DNA from: the human T2T-CHM13v2.0 reference genome, Homo sapiens
Direction: 5' to 3' (one strand)
Length of the DNA stretch: 64,000 nt
NCBI RefSeq assembly: GCF_009914755.1
Contig: NC_060927.1
The notes below the pieces were generated by a model. That model saw only the letters and a program-made list of their open reading frames with translations. It was not told the origin of the DNA and did no database searches. How positions within the stretch are numbered: the first letter of the stretch is position 1; each line of letters opens with the position of its first letter. The translations under genes were made by a program, and so were the position numbers. Positions 36,466 through 52,089 of this stretch are shown here, in pieces.

Positions 36466-36519
36466 GAAGTGTGCTTTTGTTAAAAGGCTTTTGATTCATC
36501 ATGTACTTTGCTGATGTGA

Positions 36520-36816
<297 letters not shown>

Positions 36817-37082
36817 TAGCCCCTCACACTTACCTACAATTCTCACATAACGAATCTCAAGCACACCTAAAAGGAACTCCTACTGAAAGGAAGCAGAAGC
36901 CTAAGACTCTGGGTTAGCCCTCTGAATTCAGCAGAGAAAGGCTTTACTGACCGCTCTCTGGGGCTGAGGATGTGATCTCATTCCGTCTTCAGCGTTTATA
37001 TCAGAGAACCCAATTACTGAAGGACGGAACCATGTCCGTGGGGAGCAGTAACACATAGTCTTGTATTTTTGAATTTTTACAG

Positions 37083-37236
37083 CTCTTTGTTGCTGGCTTA
37101 ATTGTCCTACTTTTGGATGAACTCCTGCAAAAAGGATATGGCCTTGGCTCTGGTATTTCTCTCTTCATTGCAACTAACATCTGTGAAACCATCGTATGGA
37201 AGGCATTCAGCCCCACTACTGTCAACACTGGCCGAG
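37083..37236 (+). CDS. SEC61A1: SEC61A1 exon 7 ([51 protein letters not shown])
   Basis: cag|CTC...CGA G|gtaag; SecY signature [12 protein letters not shown]. Confidence 0.97.
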
Positions 37237-39307
37237 GTAAGGGCCCTGTGCTCCCCTGGTGGCGACAGCTTTCAGCAAAAACAATTGAGCAATGCAAAGC
37301 AGAAGACAAAAATCCCCCCATTCCACAGAAAAATAATGTCAGTTTTAGGTTTATCTCTTCTGGTGTTTGGGTCCATCTGCAAAGTTTTAAAAACACAAAT
37401 AGGCTTGTAATTATGATGATACCTAACTTGCACTTTTCATATAAAAATATCTCCTGGACGTTTGGCACGTCAGAATACACAATCCTGCCTCACTTTTCTT
37501 AGCACAGTATAAGCTTATATTGCAACGATAAAGCAACGTTAAGTCATTTCCAGGTTTTTTTATCGTTAACATTGAAACCATGACTGTCCTCATATGTTCA
37601 TCTTTGTATATTTTGGCAGCTGCTCTCAGTGAATAAGTTTCTAAAAATGAAATTCCTAAACCAAAGCACTTGGTCATGCAAGGGGCAGCTTTCTGAAAAA
37701 GGCCTGAACTTGGAGCTTAGCACCTGCGTTCAAATCCTGGCTGTTCCTGTTAGTCATACATACGTGGCTTTGGGCAGATTCCTGCACCACTGAATCTTGG
37801 TTACCAGGATGCAGTGAGAAGCAACATGAAATTACATGATGCCTGGCTCCTGGTAGATGTGTATCAAACATTGGCATGCTGTGCTACATCCACCAAGTGC
37901 CGTGGAAATCTTGTAACAGCATGTTTTTAATAAAAAGTTCAAAACATACAAGGGAAGCCTTAGAGAGTGTGACTTATTAGGGAAAGGAAATAAACATTTT
38001 TTGGCACTAAATATCTTCTTCACTGAGGAGCATTCCAGGAGAAATAATCATGCATATTTGAGAGTTTTCTTTTAATTGAATGTTGGAAACAGAGTCCTTG
38101 GCCTCCAGAGACCATATTATCTCATTAATGAGATGGAAAACTGGTCCCCAAACAAGTGAAGGCTGCATGTGCCTAACAGGTTACAAAGGAGAGTGGAGCT
38201 TGAGATAGGGAGCCATAGAGAAGAGTGGGCAAGATCACATTTGATGCTTCCTTGAGTACTTTGTATAAATTTAGGAAATCCAAGGTAAATTGGGAGAAGC
38301 AGGTCCAGAAGGCAAAGTTTGACAGGATGTGAAAAGGCAAGAGGGGGATGGCATTGTAGGAGTTCAGGTATTTGTCAAGACCATCATGGTGACTGGCTTT
38401 TGGGGAGTGCCTGAGTGGGAAGGAAGTAAAGTCAGAGGGGAGCCCCTGGTGGCTTAGCAGCCCAGTAGTAGCCGCCAGAGGCTCATGTTCCATTCTGCAG
38501 CAGGGCATTGAGTAATGGGAGCCAGAGTTTGGAAGAAGTGATTTGCTCTGCACTGAAAGGCAGAGAGAGCAGCTAGGTGCGTGCAGCAGTAATCCAGCCC
38601 CAATTAAGCCATCCTACAGGAGAGCACTGTGTGAGGGCATTTGGAGGAAGCAAGTTGAGAGAGGGGACCAGAGAGGCACTTTCAAGGTGGGGGAAAACTA
38701 AGAAGCAAAGGTGGATTTGTCTGGCCTTGAAGTCAGTGTGTCTACATGTCAGTTGCTCATGTTTGGGACCTGGCTGACACGAGATGCATTCAGGAAGGGC
38801 TGTGCCCCATGGCCTGCATGTGGGCAGTGAGTGGTGCTAGAGGGAGAGCCTAGGGAGGGGCAGGGAGAGCCACACAGAGGGCACAGCTGGGACGGCAGCT
38901 TTGCAGCTGTGCCTGGAGATGTTGCAGCTTGGCTTGGGACAGGGGAGGCTGTTGAATGAGATTCTACAGGCAGAGACAGTAATCACTGCTGCTTCCCTGG
39001 GCAGCAGGAACAATGCAGAACTGGGAATTAGTCCCAAATTTGAAACCGTGGGGAAACAGGCCAGCCTTGTCACACAGGACCAAAAGGTGGAAAGGATGGG
39101 AATTGACGAAAGACCGCCACAGGGTGAGATGAGGACATGATGGCCAGTTAGGATATGGTGTCTCTTTCACAGAAGCCACAGCAGAGGAGGTCAGTGGTCA
39201 TATTGGTTAGATGGTCTGCCTGACATGTCATCTCGGAATGGTCCAGGAAGATGTAGCAGGTGGTCCTAGCTATCACGTGTTAGAAACTTGGGAACAGTGC
39301 TTTTGAG

Positions 39308-40236
39308 TTCTTTAGTTTCACCTTTTCCTAGATTCACTTGCTTTTTAGTCATGGGAGGAGTAAAAGTGAAAGTTGGAAGATTTGTTCTATGAAAGGAAAA
39401 TCAGGGAGCAGAACCTACTCCTGACAGCATCCAGAGACACAATCTGGAGATGTCACACCTGCAGCACCGAAACTCAATGTCAGGCACTTGGGGTCTGGAT
39501 GGCTCCTGAGCTGAACTACAGATTTGGGCCACCTCTCTAGGCTCACCATCCAGATCTGGGTCCAGAGGACAGAATTATTACCTTTGGGTTAAAGTGATCC
39601 CTTCTCAAGTTTTTATTTAATGTGCTTTTAAAAGGCAAACCCCACATACCATCAGTTTGGTTACTCTTCCCATTCCCTCAGCTACCAAGTTATTTTGGTT
39701 GAATAGAAGCTTTCCTTTTTGTAGGGTGTCTTCATTTCTTACATCTCACTCTATTTCACTGTTAGGCACAAGGGAATGGACACATTTGACAAGTTCCACA
39801 GTACTAGATGGGTCCTCTAAGTACAGTCTGACCTTCAGTTTCAGCTTTCCTATTTAATCTGTCATGTAAAATTAATTGTACTCCAAAGTGGCCATCAAAT
39901 ACAGTCCCTATTTGACTTTTTGTTGTTGTTGAGACGGAGTCTTGCTCTGTCACCCAGGCTGGAGTGCATTGGCGCCATCTCGGCTCACTGCAACCTCCGC
40001 CTCCCGGGTTCAAGCAGTTCTCTGCCTCAGCCTCCTGAGTATGGGATTACAGGCGCCCGCCACCATGTTCGGCTAATTTTTTTGTATTATTAGTAGAGAC
40101 AGGGTTTCACCATCTTGGCCAGGCTGGTCTTGAACTCCTGACCTTGTGATCCGCCCGCGTCAGTCTCCCAAAGTGCTGGGATTACAGGCGTGAGCCACCA
40201 CGCCCGACTCCTATTTGACTTTTTTAAAAGTGCTCC
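39308..40236 (-). repeat. Long inverted repeat, right arm (intron 7; interrupted by an Alu)
   Basis: Reverse complement of 35542-36465. Confidence 0.97.
39921..40209 (-). mobile_element. AluSg-like, inside the right inverted-repeat arm
   Basis: TSD cctatttgactttt; absent from the left arm. Confidence 0.95.
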
Positions 40237-40933
40237 TCAGAGTACTGATACCATGACCCCACACTGCCCACAGAGACCCTGTCTCTGGAAGTAATGCCAG
40301 CTTCCTGCCAGTAGAAGCAGCGTGAGTTGCCAGGCTTCCATTATGGGATGGTTATGCTGTCCTGGAACGGCAGAGGTTATCACTTGTTTCTTTTTTTCGC
40401 TTTTTAGTTTTTTAACGTAAGTAAATTTCTTGCTGATGTCTAAAACTTAGGCCTTAATAATGCACCACACTCCCCGCCTTCCTCTCACTTGTTACTCTGT
40501 TGTCTGGTTCTTAGATTGGGTCCCTTTCCTATATCCCTCAGTCCCTCAGTAAGCTCACTCCACCCCTAGGCCTGCCTCCCTCAGGAGCATCTCCTGGCAG
40601 GGTGTCATTTGGATGGGACCACATGGTGGACGCAAGCATATCCTCTGTACTTGTATCCTTGGTGTGAGAAGCAGAGAGCTGGAGCCTCCCCACTCACCAG
40701 CCAAGGGCAGCCTGCACTTCATAGCTGTTGAATGGGTACTTGTACTTCTCAAGATTGTCCAGGAAAGTAGATTTGCCAGCTCTGAGCCCCCTCTTCAGTG
40801 GATGACCCCTTTCAGCTAGAGTTCAGCAGAGTCTGCTTTTATTTTTATAAATTATCATCGTTCCACACCTCTGGTGGCCACTGACTCATGTGCCTAAGAA
40901 ATGAGACCAATTAATTTTAAAAAGTGGAATAGT

Positions 40934-41232
40934 GGTTGGGTGCTGTGGCTCACACCTGTAATCCCAACACTTTGGGAGGGTGAGGCGGGAGGATTGCTTG
41001 AGGTCAGGAGTTCGAGACCAGACTGGGTAACATAGTGAGACCCCCAACTGTACAAAAATAAAAAATAAAAAATTAGCCAGGCGTGGTAGCATGCCTATAG
41101 TCCCAGCTATTCGGAAGTCTGAGATAGGATCACTTGAGCCCAGGAGGAGAAGGTTGAGGCTGCAGTGAGCTGCAACCACACCACTGCACTCTAGCCTAGG
41201 CAGCCGAGAGAGAGGGACCCTGTCTAAAAAAA
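40934..41232 (+). mobile_element. AluJ (intron 7)
   Basis: AluJ diagnostics. Confidence 0.92.
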
Positions 41233-41306
41233 ATCAAAAACAAACCAGAATAGCCCGTTTCTGTAGTTTGAATTCTCTACAGAAGAGAAGGGAGGGATGA
41301 GAATAA

Positions 41307-41816
<510 letters not shown>

Positions 41817-42308
41817 TAAGGCAGTTCTAACGTAAGTGAAATCATGTTCTTCTGGGTTGGGCCTATCGACAGGTAAGATACATTTTTAAGTTCTTAGTTC
41901 AAGAGAAGCAAAAAGTACTCTAGCTCTGAAACCTCATTGCTCTCTTATAGAAAGTTTGTATGATATTTATAGGTAACTTCTGCATCTCGGAAACGGCCTA
42001 TCTTCTTAAGCTGTCTTACCTTTAAAAGTATTCCATCTCTTAAACTTGCTTCTGAGTAAGAGACCTGAACTGCTATTGTTTTCCTGTAATTGGATTGATC
42101 TTTGTATTTTTTGATGGTCCACTTTGTATTTTGGTGTTTATTTAAAAGAAGGGACAGAGATGAAAGGCAGTTTGATGTTTGTGAAAGGTATTTATACGAG
42201 CTACATGCTTTTCCCATTCCTTCTGCTGAGACTAAGCCACATTCTTGCTTAATAAAAAGCTATCTCTTTAGGGGCTTTGCCAGAATTTGCAGTCAGATCA
42301 TTAAGAAT

Positions 42309-42616
42309 TTTTTTTTTTTTTTTTTTTTTGAGACGGAGTCTTGCTCTGTTGCCCAGGCTGGAGTGCAGTGGCGCGATCTCGACTCGACTCACTGCAACCT
42401 CCGCCTCCCAGGTTCAAGCGATTCTCCTGCCTCAGCCTCCCGAGTAGATGGGATTACAGGTGCCTGTCACCACGCCCGGCTAATTTTTTTTTATTTTTAG
42501 TATAGACAGGGTTTCACCGTGTTAGCCAGGATGGTCTCGATCTCCTGACCTCGTGATCCGCCCGCCTCCACATTACAAAGCGCTGGGATTACAGGCGTGA
42601 GCCACCGCACCCGGCC
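42309..42616 (-). mobile_element. AluSc/Y-like (intron 8)
   Basis: Full Alu, reverse. Confidence 0.95.
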
Positions 42617-42833
42617 TTAAGTATTTAATTTTTAAATCCTCTGTATTCCGAGCCCTGTTCTAGGTACTGGGAGCTCATAAAAATAAACCCTTTCTAGTCT
42701 CCAGGGGTTTCAGAGGGAGAAGTTGTATTCCTAGAAAAGTTTAGCTTTTCTGTTTATGATTAAAAACACTGTAAGGAACTATTATAAGGTGTGAGGCCAC
42801 TGCTGTAGTGGCCCTGCCTCAGAGCCAGTGTAA

Positions 42834-43298
<465 letters not shown>

Positions 43299-43486
43299 TT
43301 CAGTGTATTTTTAAACCAGCTTTTCTGGGCCCCTTCTGGATGTGCCAAGTGCAGGAGTGCAGTGGTGGGTAAGGAGTGGGCACAAGCTCTCGGAACTGGG
43401 AGCCCCAGAACCAGCACACAGGATTTCCTCCCTTGTGGCCCACTGGACAGTCCCCGGCCGGGCTGTGTTTCTGTGCAGCAGGCTGA

Positions 43487-43855
<369 letters not shown>

Positions 43856-43953
43856 TAAATTATCTTTTCAGTAAAAAAATTGTACTGTGGGCACCGAGTA
43901 AAATTGCATTCTTTCATCTGCTCAGAACTATTTTTGCCTTGATGCTAAAGTAA

Positions 43954-44268
<315 letters not shown>

Positions 44269-44449
44269 TAATGGTCTGTGACGTGTGCAGATAGATCGTC
44301 GTCCTTTAGGGGGCAGTTCAGAAGCTTTAAGGGCTGACAGATGGAGTCCAGCAGTAGATCAGCTGTGGGTATGAGAATCTGAATCCACACTGTAAAGTTA
44401 GACTTTTTCATATGACTTCCTTGCGGCAGTTTTAAAGTTCTCTGTATGA

Positions 44450-44635
<186 letters not shown>

Positions 44636-45604
44636 TGAGTGGTGGCCCCAGGTCCCCAACCTCCCGTCTGTGGACATGTGTTGTTTCTTTCCATGCAGGG
44701 CATCCTGATAGGCCCTAGCACTTACTGGGTCACTAAATCTTATCCTTGGGTTACAGGACAGAATTAAATGTTATATATTTATAAACTTGCTAAGTGCTGG
44801 ACACTGGAGACGTAAAAATAAACACTTACAGCCCCTTTCCTCCAGAGGGAGCCACTGGGTAAGGAGATGGAAGCATGTGGCCAGGCGGATAGGAGACAGT
44901 GCAGTAAGGGTCCTGAGAGCAACAGCTGTGACTGGCAGCGGGACCCTCACCCTGGCTCATGCCGGTGGGGTGCTGAAGAGAGCGCCCTGGAGGAGGGTCA
45001 CTCTGAGCTCAGAGCAGGCAGGTCCTGGCATCTGAGCGCATTTTGGGGCCTGTGGTGGCATTAAGGCTAGAGAGGCTGGCAGTGGCTGGGCACGGAAGGG
45101 GTTGATGTGCATCTGAAGCAGGGCAGAAGGGATGGAGCCTGCAGTCTCTTAGGAAGGTCAGTGCTAATACATGAAACCACGCTAGAGAGGGAGAGGGGGA
45201 GGCCACATACCTGCCAGGCTGTGGTGAGAGTTTGGGCCAGAGGTGATGGTGCCAGATACAGCTGTACCCTTGGAGATGGAGCAGTTAGGTAAGGAAGGGC
45301 AAAGTCCAGGTGACCTTAGATGCTGCCACAGCACTCTTCAGTCTGCACAGTCCTCAGTACAACTACTCATCTCTTCCATCGTCACTCAGAAGCAGCCACA
45401 GACAGACAACAGACAAATGAGCATGGCCGTGTTCCTACAAAGCTGGCTACAAAGTCAGCTGCAGACCAGGTTGTCCTATGGGCCTTACCTAAAGGAAGCA
45501 ACCACAGGAAAAGCCAGAATTGCAAACTTCAGATCATTTTCTAATCCCTAGCAGGGATGGTAGGCAATTTAGTTCATTCTCTTAATATTAAGCTGCTGGA
45601 TTTA

Positions 45605-45890
45605 CAGCACTGTGCAGTAGAAGTAGAATTCAAGTCACATGTAGTTTTTAAAATTTCTAGAAGTCACATTAAAAAAGTAAAAAGAAACAGGTGAAATTAA
45701 ATTTAATATATTTAACCTAGTATATCCAAAGTATCATTTCAACATTATAATTAATGTTAAGAAAAACCATGATGAAATATTTTACATCCTTGTCTTCAAA
45801 TCTCCAAAATCTTATGTGACATCTCAGTTTGGTCTAGTCACAGTCCCCTGGCCACGTGTGGCCAGTGTGGCCACTGCCTGGACAGCAGCG
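45605..45890. mobile_element. MER33/MER3-like hAT element
   Basis: cacattaaaaaagtaaaaagaaacaggtgaaatta...ggccacgtgtggccagtg. Confidence 0.7.
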
Positions 45891-45901
45891 CCTTGGCCTA
45901 G

Positions 45902-46237
<336 letters not shown>

Positions 46238-48260
46238 GCCCGTCTCCCGGACAGGTTGAGGAAGCTGCTCCAGAAGCGCCTCGGAAGGGGAGCTCTCATC
46301 ATGGCGCGTGCTGCTGCGGCATATGGACTTTTAATAATGTTTTTGAATTTCGTATTCTTTCATTCCACTGTGTAAAGTGCTAGACATTTTCCAATTTAAA
46401 ATTTTGCTTTTTATCCTGGCACTGGCAAAAAGAACTGTGAAAGTGAAATTTTATTCAGCCGACTGCCAGAGAAGTGGGAATGGTATAGGATTGTCCCCAA
46501 GTGTCCATGTAACTTTTGTTTTAACCTTTGCACCTTCTCAGTGCTGTATGCGGCTGCAGCCGTCTCACCTGTTTCCCCACAAAGGGAATTTCTCACTCTG
46601 GTTGGAAGCACAAACACTGAAATGTCTACGTTTCATTTTGGCAGTAGGGTGTGAAGCTGGGAGCAGATCATGTATTTCCCGGAGACGTGGGACCTTGCTG
46701 GCATGTCTCCTTCACAATCAGGCGTGGGAATATCTGGCTTAGGACTGTTTCTCTCTAAGACACCATTGTTTTCCCTTATTTTAAAAGTGATTTTTTTAAG
46801 GACAGAACTTCTTCCAAAAGAGAGGGATGGCTTTCCCAGAAGACACTCCTGGCCATCTGTGGATTTGTCTGTGCACCTATTGGCTCTTCTAGCTGACTCT
46901 TCTGGTTGGGCTTAGAGTCTGCCTGTTTCTGCTAGCTCCGTGTTTAGTCCACTTGGGTCATCAGCTCTGCCAAGCTGAGCCTGGCCAAGCTAGGTGGACA
47001 GACCCTTGCAGTGATGTCCGTTTGTCCAGATTCTGCCAGTCATCACTGGACACGTCTCCTCGCAGCTGCCCTAGCAAGGGGAGACATTGTGGTAGCTATC
47101 AGACATGGACAGAAACTGACTTAGTGCTCACAAGCCCCTACACCTTCTGGGCTGAAGATCACCCAGCTGTGTTCAGAATTTTCTTACTGTGCTTAGGACT
47201 GCACGCAAGTGAGCAGACACCACCGACTTCCTTTCTGCGTCACCAGTGTCGTCAGCAGAGAGAGGACAGCACAGGCTCAAGGTTGGTAGTGAAGTCAGGT
47301 TCGGGGTGCATGGGCTGTGGTGGTGTTGATCAGTTGCTCCAGTGTTTGAAATAAGAAGACTCATGTTTATGTCTGGAATAAGTTCTGTTTGTGCTGACAG
47401 GTGGCCTAGGTCCTGGAGATGAGCACCCTCTCTCTGGCCTTTAGGGAGTCCCCTCTTAGGACAGGCACTGCCCAGCAGCAAGGGCAGCAGAGTTGGGTGC
47501 TAAGATCCTGAGGAGCTCGAGGTTTCGAGCTGGCTTTAGACATTGGTGGGACCAAGGATGTTTTGCAGGATGCCCTGATCCTAAGAAGGGGGCCTGGGGG
47601 TGCGTGCAGCCTGTCGGGGAGACCCCACTCTGACAGTGGGCACACGGCAGCCTGCAAAGCACAGGGCCACCGCCACAGCCCGGCAGAGGGGCACACTCTG
47701 GAGACCTTGCTGGCAGTGCTAGCCAGGAAACAGAGTGACCAAGGGACAAGAAGGGACTTGCCTAAAGCCACCCAGCAACTCAGCAGCAGAACCAAGATGG
47801 GCCCCAGGCTCCTCCATATGGCCCAGGGCTTACCACCCTATCACACGTGGCCTTGTCTAGACCCAGTCCTGAGCAGGGGAGAGGCTCTTGAGACCTGATG
47901 CCCTCCTACCCACATGGTTCTCCCACTGCCCTGTCTGCTCTGCTGCTACAGAGGGGCAGGGCCTCCCCCAGCCCACGCTTAGGAATGCTTGGCCTCTGGC
48001 AGGCAGGCAGCTGTACCCAAGCTGGTGGGCAGGGGGCTGGAAGGCACCAGGCCTCAGGAGGAGCCCCATAGTCCCGCCTGCAGCCTGTAACCATCGGCTG
48101 GGCCCTGCAAGGCCCACACTCACGCCCTGTGGGTGATGGTCACGGTGGGTGGGTGGGGGCTGACCCCAGCTTCCAGGGGACTGTCACTGTGGACGCCAAA
48201 ATGGCATAACTGAGATAAGGTGAATAAGTGACAAATAAAGCCAGTTTTTTACAAGGTACT
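46238..48260 (+). other. SEC61A1: SEC61A1 3' UTR (~2 kb, no Alu)
   Basis: Runs from the stop codon to AATAAA at 48234, followed by U/GU-rich sequence; exact end inferred. Confidence 0.75.
48234..48239 (+). terminator. SEC61A1: Polyadenylation signal AATAAA (SEC61A1)
   Basis: Canonical hexamer with T/GT-rich downstream element. Confidence 0.8.
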
Positions 48261-50384
48261 TGATCATGTTCTCTTGATTTTAAATTAGATTTTATTCCCA
48301 AAAAGGCCAGTGAGGCGCAAAGCTTGGTTGCAGCTTTGTGTGTGTCAAAGGCTTGGTTGGGGCACTCAGGCATTTTGCCTGGAAAAGTTCCCTTCTGATG
48401 GTCATGTCAACCTGGTGCTCACATTTGTGATAAAGTGATATGGGTGCTGGGCCACATGTGGAGCTGCTGCAGGGCTCTGCCCGTGAGGCAGAGTGCACTG
48501 GCTGTCCCGTGAGAATGCAGAGGCCTCCGCTGAGCCAGGGCGCCTGCCACCCCGTGGAAGAGTGGGAACCTTCTAGCAGGAGCCTAGGGCCCCATAACTC
48601 GAAGCCCTTTGAGCCTCAGCTCCAGTACCCAGCTGGTGATTGGAGAAGTCTTAACTTGGTTGTGAGGCTGGCCTCAGACCCGACCTGTAGCCAAGCCAGA
48701 AGGACCCAGTGTTGTGTGGGTGGGAGTGGCAGGCTTGTGGCTGCTCCCTTAGAACGTGTCTAGAAGTCTTTCTGTTTCTACACCAAGCCCCCAGTGGTAG
48801 GCCACATTTCCACTCTCCCCAGTCCTGGACAGGGCCTCACCCCAAACCTGCCGCCGTCCCCACCACCTGGGCCTGGTGCTTCCTCAGGAACTTGAGGGGC
48901 AGGTGGGTGGGCAACCCCAGGGCAGGCCTGACCAGGGCTGTGGGAGGTCGTTACTCCTTAGCTGGGCTCCAGCCTCAGTATTTCCTTGTAGTCTTAGACC
49001 TTGTCTTGGAAACTGATTTCCAAGGGGAGTTGGGTCAGAGCAGGATGGTTCCTCTGAGACCACCTGATGGACAGGTGTGGGCCTGGCCTTGCAGAAGCCA
49101 CACCTCAGCACTGTGTTTTGAGACTGCTAGGACACATGTGCAGCCAGGTCTGCCCCGCGCTCCCTCTGCACCTGCTGGCCTCAGGGCTCAGGGAGGCCCT
49201 GGACAGGAGCACAGCACGTGGCCTCAGGCTCCAGACCAGCCAGGCGCTGTGAATTGCTGAGGCAGGCAGGGTGCTTGCCAGTATAAATATGTTAGAAAAC
49301 CTGCTGCCCCAGGGAAGCAGTAGGCCATCTCTCGTGCCTCAGGTATTCGTTTGCACCTGTGGCCGTGGCCCCTCTTGCCTGAGAGCAAACGGAGCCCACA
49401 TTCCAGCAGCCACGCACGCTTCAAGATGGCAGGCCCTGGTGTCTCTCCACCTGGCTCCTCCCCATGCACAGGGAACTAATGCACAGTGATGGGGGGGTAA
49501 GGCTTACTCTGCTTTTTCCCTTGGGGCAGGCACTGTCCCAGCCACTTCCTACATGTGCTCTCACTTCACCCCACTAGAGGCCCAGGAGGAAACAAGTCCG
49601 TCCATTTTACAGGTGAAGAAACTGAGGCCCAGGGAAATAGAGTGTGGCCAAAAGTCACTTAGCTCCCGAGCCAGGACAAAAAGCCTAAGGCTCACTTCCT
49701 ACTCCAAGTCCCTGTCTGGCTGCTGGTCCTGCCTGCAGGTACTTCTGCTAGGGACGTAGCTGGGGCAAGGAATGAGGAGTCTAGGGAAACAGGCCCCACC
49801 CCCGGAGCTTCCCCTTGCTGCCCTTGGCTCAGGGGCAGCACCCGCTTCAACTGGCACTCCGCTCCATCCATGGTGCTGCTTTACCACTGCCTCCCTGGAC
49901 CTGCTGATGCCCTACCCCATACCCCGCCCCCAGCCTGCTCCTGCTGAAGCCAGGCCAGCATGAAGTCCTCAGGAAGGCTGGGATGAGCCTCCCATCTCAT
50001 TTCTGAGGGGTCTGAGCCCCATGGCCTGGGGAAGAGCAACGGATTCCTGATGAGGGCCAGGGGATGGGCATGTGGCACTGTCCGAGAGTCAGCAAAAGCC
50101 CCAACCTGAGCTTCAGCACCTACCAATGCCTGGTTCTGGAGAGCCAGGTGTGCCCCTAAGTGGTAGTGCCCACCTCACTCCCCTGCCCCAATCCCTTCTA
50201 GGGCCACATTACCCACTCCTTTCCACTCAGCAAACATTATTGAGCCTCATGGGGAAATGGAACAGAAGGTGCCTCTCCTCTTAAAAGCTCATGCCCCAGC
50301 AGTAAGGGTTCTGCAGTGTCTGTCAAACCTGTGGGCCTTGTTCCCTCTGCTGTCTGCCTGACAAGCTCCTGTTCATCCTTCAAA

Positions 50385-51130
50385 GCACAGCTCAATAAGG
50401 CTAGAAACATCTAAATGCCCATCGGAGGGGGCTGAATAAATTACAGCAGCTCCTCCCTGTGGAAAGGAACTAGGAGGACATTCTTTATATGTTGAGTTAG
50501 AAGAATCTCCAAGATATGCTGTCAAGGAAGAATACAGAAAGCAAGAAACAATAGCGTATGCTACCATTTGTGTTTAAAAGGGGGGTAGGAAGTGACTAAT
50601 AGACTACATCAGGAAAAGGTGTAGCAATTTCCCATAAAACTAGACATACACTTACCCTACACCCAGCTATTCTACTCCTGGGTATTGAAACCCAAGATGA
50701 AAATATATGCCTATACAAAGACTTGTACAAGAATGTTCATAATAGCTGAAAAATAGGGAACAGCCTAGGTGGCCATCAACAGGCAAATGGATACATGTGG
50801 TGGATCCACAGGGTGGCATTTTACCCAGCAATAAAAAATAAACTATCCATACACACAACATTCAGGAGCTCAAAAGCTAAGTGAAAGAAACAAGTCATGT
50901 TGTATGATGCCATTTACATGAAATTCTAGAGCAGGAAAACCTAATCTATTGCAAAAAAAAAAAAAATTCTAACAGTGGTTGCCTCTAGTGTGTTAGAGAT
51001 TGGCACAAGGAACTTTCTGGGCAATAGTAATATCCTTCACTGGGATTTGGGTTTCATTAGTCAGAACTCATGGAGTGCTCCACTTAGGATTTGTACATTT
51101 CACTGTATTTTTAACGTTTAAAAATAACCA
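50385..51130 (+). mobile_element. Old L1 (L1ME-like) 3' fragments
   Basis: acacttaccctacacccagctattctactcctggg...gaatgttcataatagc. Confidence 0.65.
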
Positions 51131-51134
51131 TAAG

Positions 51135-51441
<307 letters not shown>

Positions 51442-51628
51442 TTAAAAAACCATAATCAAGTACTGAACTCTAGATAATTATACACATGCTTAACTATTTA
51501 CAGAGGTTGTTGTATCTGCAACTCACTTTGAAATGCACAGAAGACTGACAAGACTGACTGGCAGGCAGACAGGGGGATGGGCAGTGCAGTGCCTAGATGA
51601 CAGGGATATGGGGGCTCACCTGCAATCC

Positions 51629-51824
51629 TTTTTTTTTATTCCCCCAAAGGGGGTGCACTATTCCTGGAGGTACTGCAATACCAGGTGGATGCATGGAGTG
51701 GAAAGAGCAAGGTCCTATTCCATCTCCCTGCTCCAAAAATCCATTTAACATACTGTCCTCAGATAGCAGATATTAAAGTGATAAGAACACTACACTTGAT
51801 CTTAGCCAAAGGCTGAGAGGCGAT
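51629..51824 (-). pseudogene. Full-length U2 snRNA processed pseudogene
   Basis: Minus strand ATCGCCTCTCAGCCTTTGGCTAAGATCAAGTGTAG...GGATTTTTGGAGCAGGGAG...GTGCACCC; poly(A) tail; TSD-like cctgcaatcc/cctgtaattc; two internal deletions. Confidence 0.95.
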
Positions 51825-52089
51825 TGCCTGTAATTCTTGCAGTTTTCCATGTGATATGTTTCATAATGAGTGTTGGGAAGGTCCTGTGAGTGTGTGCTGC
51901 CTCACCCAGGTCCTGGCCATCTCTAGAGGAACACACCGGTGTAAGGCAGGCGCTTCCGGAAAGGGAACAGGAGGCAGGGGGCAGGTGTCGAGGTAGGTTT
52001 TCACGGTACACGCCTTTGGCAATTTTGCATCAAAAAACTAAGTGTATGCACATTTTTTTTAATTGAAAGCCCAACTCAGCCTTCCCCCA

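Noticed and set aside
47350-47382. Two AATAAG hexamers as a proximal SEC61A1 polyA site
   Set aside because: Weak non-canonical variant; cannot be supported without 3'-end data
46377-48136. ORFs downstream of the SEC61A1 stop
   Set aside because: Lie in the 3' UTR; no recognisable homology or splice logic
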